NCBI GenBank assembly: GCA_020057115.1
Contig: JAGVGJ010000001.1
Coordinates: 12,164-76,163, forward strand
Length of the DNA: 64,000 bases
Direction: 5' to 3'
From: Candidatus Omnitrophota bacterium
GTDB taxonomy: Bacteria; Omnitrophota; Gorgyraeia; 2-01-FULL-45-10
Positions 58,037 to 64,000 of this stretch are shown piece after piece. A program made the translations under genes and the position numbers. Under the pieces are notes generated by a model, which was not told where the DNA came from, made no database searches, and saw only the letters and a list, made by a program, of their open reading frames with translations. Every line of letters starts with the position of its first letter. Position 1 is the stretch's first letter.

Positions 58037-59079
58037 TCATAGACGATTTTCTTTACCAGTCGAGCGAATGGCTTAAGGGCACAGGCCCGAGCTCTGAAAT
58101 AGTCATGTCTTCCAGGACGCGGCTGGCGCGCAATATCGACAAATATCCGTTCGCCCACTGGGCCAAAGATAAACAGCTTGTCGAGATAATTGATGCCGTG
58201 AAAGATGCGGCCGATTCGATAGACATGCTGAAGGACTCGCTCTTCCTGAAGCTCAAGGACGTAAGCGAGGTGGACAGGGTATTTCTTGTAGAGCGCCATC
58301 TTATGAGCCCCGAACATGCCAAGGACGTAGAGTTTAAGGCGCTTATCATAGACCCTAAAGAGATCGTCAGCATAATGATCAACGAAGAAGATCACTTGAG
58401 GATACAGGTGCTTAAATCCGGCCTCGACCTTATGGATGCCTGGAAGATCATAGATAAGCTCGATACGGAATTCTCGAAGAGGCTGCCGTTCGCATTCTCG
58501 TCCAAATGGGGTTATCTTACGGCATGCCCTACAAATACCGGCACAGGATTGAGGGGCTCTGTCATGTTCCATCTGCCGGCGCTGGTATTCTCCGGGCAGA
58601 TAAACAAGATCCTGCAGGCTACGGCGAAGCTCGGACTCAATGTAAGGGGATTGTACGGAGAAGGGACGGAGGCCTCCGGCAACCTTTTTCAGGTATCGAA
58701 TCAGGTCGCCCTCGGTAGGACCGAGGAAGACATGATAGACAATATCCAGCGGATAACGAACCAGATAGTGACGCGGGAAGAGACGATGAGAAAAGGCATC
58801 CTGGCGAAGAGCAAGGAGGCCCTGTCCGACAGGGTGTGGCGCGCTTACGGGACATTGAAGAGCGCTCACATAATAACCTCGAGCGAGACGATAGGCCTTC
58901 TTTCGGCAATACGCCTAGGGATCGAGCTCGGCATCGTGAAGGATATCGATGCGGAGACGGTGAACGAACTTATCATATTGACGCAGCCGGCGCACCTTCA
59001 GAAGCTCGAAGGCAAGGCGCTGAATTCCGAAGAGCGGGACGTGAAGCGGGCGAATCTTATTCGAGAAAAATTGAAATAG
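58033..59079 (+). CDS. mcsB: Protein arginine kinase McsB (ATP:guanido phosphotransferase)
   Basis: [11 protein letters not shown] active-site motif of the phosphagen-kinase-like domain. Confidence 0.85.
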   Translation: MIIDDFLYQSSEWLKGTGPSSEIVMSSRTRLARNIDKYPFAHWAKDKQLVEIIDAVKDAADSIDMLKDSLFLKLKDVSEVDRVFLVERHLMSPEHAKDVEFKALIIDPKEIVSIMINEEDHLRIQVLKSGLDLMDAWKIIDKLDTEFSKRLPFAFSSKWGYLTACPTNTGTGLRGSVMFHLPALVFSGQINKILQATAKLGLNVRGLYGEGTEASGNLFQVSNQVALGRTEEDMIDNIQRITNQIVTREETMRKGILAKSKEALSDRVWRAYGTLKSAHIITSSETIGLLSAIRLGIELGIVKDIDAETVNELIILTQPAHLQKLEGKALNSEERDVKRANLIREKLK

Positions 59080-59147
59080 GGTCAAGAGTCCAGGGTCAAG
59101 GGTCCAGAAAATTTTACTGGACCCAGGCCCCTGGCCCCTGGACCCTG
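59079..59147. repeat. GC-rich oligo-repeat in inverted pair (hairpin) between mcsB and clpC
   Basis: gggtcaagagtccagggtcaagggtccag ... ctggacccaggcccctggcccctggaccctg. Confidence 0.8.
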
Positions 59148-59170
59148 CCAATAGACGGAGGGTGTTACAC

Positions 59171-61600
59171 ATGCCAATGTTCAACAGATTTACGGAGCGC
59201 GCAAGAAAGGTGATACTGCTGGCCAAGGAAGAGGCCAAGAGGTTTAACCACGACTACATAGGAACGGAGCATATACTCCTCGGGCTTGTGAGGGAGGGCG
59301 AGGGCGTCGCGGCGGCGGTGCTGGCAAATTTCGGTTTAAGTCCGGATAAGATAAGGGTCGAGGTCGAAAAGCTCGTTCAGCCGGGCCCGGCCACGGTGAT
59401 ATCGGGGGATCTGCCTTTCACCCCTAAGGCCAAGAAGGTTATAGAGCTTGCGATGGACGAGGCCAGGGCGCTCGGGCATAATTATGTCGGTACCGAGCAT
59501 CTCCTCCTGGGCCTGATCCGCGAAGGCGAAGGCGTCGCTTCGCAGGTCCTTATGAATATGGGCCTTGAGCTTGACAAGGTAAGGGAGGAGGTCATGAACC
59601 TTCTCGGGTCCGAGATCCCGGGTTATGAGATGGGGCAGAAGATAGCTCCTACCAAAACGCCTGCGCTCGATGCCTTCGGAAGGGATCTCACGAAACTTGC
59701 CAAGGACAATAAGCTCGATCCGGTCATAGGAAGGAAGAACGAGATAGAGCGCGTCATACAGATACTTTCGCGCCGCACCAAGAACAACCCGGTCCTCCTC
59801 GGCGAGGCCGGCGTAGGAAAGACCGCTATCGTCGAAGGGCTCGCCCAGAAGATAGTCGCAAACGACGTCCCGGAAATATTGAGGGATAAGAGGCTTATAA
59901 TACTGGACCTCGCGCTTATGGTCGCCGGTACAAAGTACAGGGGGCAATTCGAGGAGCGCATAAAGGCGGTAATGGACGAGATAAAACGCTCCGAGGACGT
60001 CATCGTATTTATCGACGAGCTGCATACGCTGGTCGGCGCCGGCGGGGCGGAGGGGGCCATAGACGCGTCGAATATATTAAAGCCGGCCCTTTCCAGAGGC
60101 GAAATACAGTGTATCGGGGCGACGACGCTCGATGAGTACAGGAAACACATAGAGAAAGACGCAGCGCTTGAGAGGCGCTTCCAGACCATAATGGTAGAGC
60201 CGCCGAGCGTCGAGGAGACCATTGAGATATTGAAGGGCCTGAGGGACAGGTACGAGGCCCACCACAAAGTCAAATTCACCGACGAAGCCGTGGAAGCCGC
60301 CGCGAAGTTTTCCGACAGGTACATAAGCGGAAGATACCTCCCGGACAAGGCGATAGACCTTATAGATGAATCAGGCGCGCGCGCCAGGCTGTCGGTCATG
60401 ACAGCCCCTCCCGACGTGAAGCATATCGAGGCGAAGATGGAGATCGTGCGCAAAGAGAAGGAGTCCGCCGTAAAGAACCAGGACTTTGAGAAGGCGGCAA
60501 AGATAAGGGATGAGGAGCGCAAGCTTAAAGATGAGCTCTCAAAGATAAAGAAGGAATGGAAAGAGTCCCGCGGCAAATTCGAGCCAAAGGTGACGGATGA
60601 TGACATCGCCTATATAGTTTCAAAGTGGACCGGCATACCCATAATCAAGCTTGAGGAGAAGGAGCAGGCAAAATTCCTCAAGATGGAGGATGGGCTCCAC
60701 AAGCGCGTTATAGGACAGGATGAGGCGATAAGCGCGATAGCCCATGCCGTCAGGCGCTCGAGGGCCGGAATAAAAGACCCGCGGCGGCCGATAGGCTCGT
60801 TCATATTTTTAGGCCCCACAGGAGTCGGAAAGACGCTCGTAGCAAGGGCGCTGGCGGAGTTCATGTTCGGCGACGAGGATGCCATAATACAGATCGACAT
60901 GTCCGAATATATGGAGAAGTTCAATGTCTCAAGGCTCGTTGGCGCGCCCCCCGGATATGTTGGCTACGAAGAGGGCGGGCAGCTCACTGAAAAGGTGAGG
61001 CGCCGTCCGTATTCGGTCGTCCTGTTGGACGAGATAGAGAAGGCCCATCCGGACGTCTTTAACCTGCTATTGCAGATGCTCGAGGATGGCCGGCTTACCG
61101 ATTCTTTTGGAAGAAAGGTCGATTTCAAGAACACGATCATCATAATGACCTCGAATATAGGCGCCGAGATGCTGAAGAAACAGGGCTCGATAGGATTCAA
61201 GTCGCAGGCCGAAGAGACGACTTATCAGGCCATGAAGGAGAGGCTTCTTGACGAGGTCAAGAAGGTGTTCAAGCCCGAGTTCCTGAACAGGGTCGATGAC
61301 ATCATCGTCTTCAGGTCGCTCACGAAAGAGGACCTGGATCACATAGTCGAGCTTGAGATAAAGGGCGTAGAGTCCCGCCTTAAGGAGCAGGATATAACCA
61401 TCACCCTCACCAAGGAAGCCAAAGACTTCCTCGTTGAGAGGGGGTTTGACAAGACGTTCGGCGCGCGGCCGCTCAAGAGGACGATACAGAGGTTTCTCGA
61501 AGACCCTCTGGCCGAAGATATCATAAGGGGCAGTTTCAAGAAGGGCACCAAGATACACGTGATAGCAAAACCGGACCGGCTGGAATTCCAGACGACCTAA
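59171..61600 (+). CDS. clpC: ATP-dependent Clp protease ATP-binding subunit ClpC
   Basis: Two Clp-N repeats, two AAA+ modules ([16 protein letters not shown]) and a UVR linker. Start at ATG 59171 with SD GGAGGG. Confidence 0.95.
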   Translation: MPMFNRFTERARKVILLAKEEAKRFNHDYIGTEHILLGLVREGEGVAAAVLANFGLSPDKIRVEVEKLVQPGPATVISGDLPFTPKAKKVIELAMDEARALGHNYVGTEHLLLGLIREGEGVASQVLMNMGLELDKVREEVMNLLGSEIPGYEMGQKIAPTKTPALDAFGRDLTKLAKDNKLDPVIGRKNEIERVIQILSRRTKNNPVLLGEAGVGKTAIVEGLAQKIVANDVPEILRDKRLIILDLALMVAGTKYRGQFEERIKAVMDEIKRSEDVIVFIDELHTLVGAGGAEGAIDASNILKPALSRGEIQCIGATTLDEYRKHIEKDAALERRFQTIMVEPPSVEETIEILKGLRDRYEAHHKVKFTDEAVEAAAKFSDRYISGRYLPDKAIDLIDESGARARLSVMTAPPDVKHIEAKMEIVRKEKESAVKNQDFEKAAKIRDEERKLKDELSKIKKEWKESRGKFEPKVTDDDIAYIVSKWTGIPIIKLEEKEQAKFLKMEDGLHKRVIGQDEAISAIAHAVRRSRAGIKDPRRPIGSFIFLGPTGVGKTLVARALAEFMFGDEDAIIQIDMSEYMEKFNVSRLVGAPPGYVGYEEGGQLTEKVRRRPYSVVLLDEIEKAHPDVFNLLLQMLEDGRLTDSFGRKVDFKNTIIIMTSNIGAEMLKKQGSIGFKSQAEETTYQAMKERLLDEVKKVFKPEFLNRVDDIIVFRSLTKEDLDHIVELEIKGVESRLKEQDITITLTKEAKDFLVERGFDKTFGARPLKRTIQRFLEDPLAEDIIRGSFKKGTKIHVIAKPDRLEFQTT

Positions 61601-61609
61601 CGGAGGCCG

Positions 61610-63064
61610 ATGAGGCACATAAGAGCCAGAAGGCGCTTTAAGGCCATACTCATAGCGCTCCTCGTATTCAGCTTTATACTTTTCTTCGAATCGAGAGTGG
61701 AGTCTTTCGCGCCGCAGATAAGGAATATCGTAGAATACAAGGTCGGCGAGGCGCTTGGAAAGAACATGAAGCTCTCGATAGGCGACCTGGACGGAGGGAT
61801 ATTCCGCCCATTCATATTGAATGACGTGAAGATAGCCGGCAAGGAAGACTCGGCGGTATTCTCTTCATTCGAGATAAAGAGCATAAGGTCGAATTACAGG
61901 ATATGGGACGTTCTCCTGAAAGGAAAAGAGTATAAGCCGATCTTAAACATGTTGCGGGAAGAGCCCTGCATATACGTCGACTTCGTAACGAAAAATAAGG
62001 AATTGTCCGGCTACGTAAAGCTCGAAGGAGACATGGAAAGCGCGGATATCCAGGGCTACCTCATACTTTTTGAGAAGCGAAGGATAGACATAAACGGGAA
62101 GCTTAAGGCAAAGTCTTTCTACGTCGAGCTAAGGCCCAGGTCCGGTTCTCTGAAGATAGAGGGTAAGAGGGATTCGGACGGCAGTTTCCTGACGAATATA
62201 AAGGCCGATCATCTCAGATTTTCGGGTATCGACATAGTCTGCGAGGCCAGCCTCAAGAACAGGGTATTTAAGCCGGCAGGCGATAAGCTCGGCGGTTATG
62301 TGGAAGGCCAGATAGAGACCAAAAGCCTCGTATTGAACTACTCATTATTTCCGGACGTCAAGGCTTCGTACAGGGTCTATAACGGCCTTCTGGATATAGC
62401 GAACCTGGATGTCGGAAAGGACCTTAAGGTCAAAGGCCGCGCCAGCCTGCGCGATCCCTATAACCTGAATTTTACGTGCATGACGGATAATGCAAGCCTC
62501 GGGGCCGTGCTCTCATGTTTCGGCATACATTGCAAAGACGCGGTCTCCGGCACGCTGAATGCCAAGATCGAACTTAAAGGCCCGGCGAAGAACCTTAAGA
62601 CATCGGCCCGCATCTCGGTGAGGCAGGGGACTCTCGGCCCGCTCGATTTCGAGAGCCTAGAGGCTGTCCTTAAAGGCGATGGCCCGATCATGAGGATAGA
62701 GGAGTCGAGGATATCCAGGTCGAGCGGGCACTTCTCCATTGCCGGCGAGATAGATTTGAGGAAGATCGGCAAATCCACCGTCTTCCAGCAGCTTAGCATC
62801 GTATCCGAAGACAACGCGATAGCGTGGGATGGATGGAATTCGGTCAATATCCAGGGTGTTCAGGAGATCACTATGACGAAGCGGGTGAACCAGGATATAA
62901 ACGTGGGTTTTAAGAAGTTCATGCCGGACAAGCAGATCGATGAGAGCATGAGGAACAAGGAAGAGATGGAGCTCGAATATAAGCTCCAGCCCAACGATAG
63001 CCTGAAACTGATGATAGGAGACGACAAGAACTTCTTCGGGCTGGAGCATAAGGATAAATTCTAA
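61610..63064 (+). CDS. Hypothetical membrane-anchored periplasmic protein (484 aa) upstream of the second Mla locus
   Basis: N-terminal Arg-rich segment plus a TM anchor; the remainder is beta-rich. No recognisable catalytic motif. Confidence 0.5.
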   Translation: MRHIRARRRFKAILIALLVFSFILFFESRVESFAPQIRNIVEYKVGEALGKNMKLSIGDLDGGIFRPFILNDVKIAGKEDSAVFSSFEIKSIRSNYRIWDVLLKGKEYKPILNMLREEPCIYVDFVTKNKELSGYVKLEGDMESADIQGYLILFEKRRIDINGKLKAKSFYVELRPRSGSLKIEGKRDSDGSFLTNIKADHLRFSGIDIVCEASLKNRVFKPAGDKLGGYVEGQIETKSLVLNYSLFPDVKASYRVYNGLLDIANLDVGKDLKVKGRASLRDPYNLNFTCMTDNASLGAVLSCFGIHCKDAVSGTLNAKIELKGPAKNLKTSARISVRQGTLGPLDFESLEAVLKGDGPIMRIEESRISRSSGHFSIAGEIDLRKIGKSTVFQQLSIVSEDNAIAWDGWNSVNIQGVQEITMTKRVNQDINVGFKKFMPDKQIDESMRNKEEMELEYKLQPNDSLKLMIGDDKNFFGLEHKDKF

Positions 63065-63067
63065 GAG

Positions 63068-63853
63068 ATGAAAGATTTCATTGTGATGCTGGGCAGGCGG
63101 TTCATGAATTTCGTCAAATACGCCGGAGGCGTGTCGATACTTTTGGGCGAAACGCTATTCTGGATACCGATGCCCCCTTTAAGGCGCAAGCAGGTGGTCG
63201 AGCAGATGTCGAAGATAGGCGTCGACAGCCTGCCGATAGTGGCGATGATAAGCCTATTTACGGGCATGGTCCTGGCGCTTCAGAGCGCGTACCAGATGCA
63301 GCGCTTCGCCGCGGAGATGTACATAGCGGCCCTGGTGGCGGTATCGATGTCAAGGGAGCTTGGGCCAGTCCTGACAGCGCTCATCGTAGCCGGCCGTGTC
63401 GGCGCATCCATTACCGCTGAACTCGGGACGATGAAGGTCACCGAGCAGATAGACGCGCTTGAGACCCTGGCGACCAACCCGATAAAGTATCTTGTGGTGC
63501 CGCGTTTCCTGGCTCTCATAGTGATGCTCCCGATCCTTACGCTCTTCGCAGACGTCATAGGGGGCCTGGGCGGCTACATCATCGGAACGATGAAACTCAA
63601 CATCTCCCACGGCATGTACATGAAGAACACGTGGGAGCCGTTAAAATACAAGGACATATATACAGGCCTCATAAAGAGTTTCTTCTTCGGCATCATAATA
63701 TGCATAACGGCCTGTTATGAAGGGATGAAGACAGAAGGCGGCGCTGAAGGAGTGGGGCGTTCGACGACCGCAAGCGTAGTCGTGAGCTTTATCCTGATAA
63801 TAGCGTCGGACTGCTTCTTTACGGCGTTATTCTATTTTGTGGGGAAACAATAG
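63068..63853 (+). CDS. MlaE-family ABC permease (paralog of 14930-15724)
   Basis: 261 aa with high identity to the first mlaE across conserved TM blocks. Confidence 0.85.
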   Translation: MKDFIVMLGRRFMNFVKYAGGVSILLGETLFWIPMPPLRRKQVVEQMSKIGVDSLPIVAMISLFTGMVLALQSAYQMQRFAAEMYIAALVAVSMSRELGPVLTALIVAGRVGASITAELGTMKVTEQIDALETLATNPIKYLVVPRFLALIVMLPILTLFADVIGGLGGYIIGTMKLNISHGMYMKNTWEPLKYKDIYTGLIKSFFFGIIICITACYEGMKTEGGAEGVGRSTTASVVVSFILIIASDCFFTALFYFVGKQ

Positions 63854-64000
63854 ATGATAGAGATAATAGACCTCTGTAAATCTTTCGACGGCCACAAGGT
63901 GCTCGACAACCTTAATCTGAGGATCAATACCGGCGACACGACCGTCATAATCGGCCGTTCCGGGTGCGGCAAGAGCGTACTTTTAAAACATATCATAGGG
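63854..64000 (+). CDS. MlaF-family ABC ATPase, 5' fragment (runs off the window)
   Basis: MIEIIDLCKSF...GRSGCGKS Walker A. Confidence 0.7.
   Translation, partial: MIEIIDLCKSFDGHKVLDNLNLRINTGDTTVIIGRSGCGKSVLLKHIIG

Noticed and set aside
1-64000. CRISPR arrays, rRNA genes, IS elements or transposases, prophage or defence islands
   Set aside because: No regularly spaced direct repeats, rRNA signatures or transposase/integrase-like ORFs were found. All large ORFs are explained by housekeeping or signalling functions.

Overview
This 64-kb window is a dense, mostly plus-strand housekeeping stretch from a diderm-type bacterium. Lpt, Bam, Lol, Mla, Lnt and MurJ are all present; GC is about 50%. Gene order: a processive family-2 glycosyltransferase, nrdJ, purH-folC-mnmE-folE, a PAP2 protein, a LysM L,D-transpeptidase and accA. 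Next comes an RsbW/RsbV-like partner-switching pair, mlaEFD, a CHASE2-PP2C phosphatase and a GAF-HD-GYP protein. Then tRNA-Ala(GGC) and tRNA-Leu(CAA), nfo, leuS, comEA-comEC, a PilZ protein, bamD, lptE-holA, rpsT on the minus strand, murJ and uvrC. After those come an MGMT-like protein, prfB with its programmed +1 frameshift site, secA and lnt. A block of hypothetical secreted proteins and GT-C-like polytopic membrane proteins follows. A minus-strand block carries comM, yraN, spoVG and an ECF sigma/anti-sigma pair. The remainder holds a GGDEF protein, a 1598-aa PAS/GAF/GGDEF/HD-GYP protein, lysS, lolCE-lolD, ilvE, mcsA-mcsB-clpC and a second Mla locus. Four things go beyond ordinary annotation. 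(1) A short GC-rich oligo-repeat (GGGTCCAGG/GGGCCAGG units) is scattered through the window, in intergenic hairpins and also in-frame inside purH, mnmE, leuS and prfB. (2) A family of about 135-bp palindromic elements is present in 5 copies, two of them arranged as a roughly 500-bp foldback. (3) A long intergenic region (5.6-6.85 kb) holds a candidate c-di-GMP-I (GEMM) riboswitch with a terminator, followed by a palindromic operator, an unannotated 33-aa Cys-rich micro-ORF and an inverted-repeat-bounded 200-bp element. (4) A 43-bp repeated ECF-type promoter links the sigma/anti-sigma pair to spoVG-yraN-comM. No CRISPR arrays, rRNA or obvious IS/transposase genes were seen.
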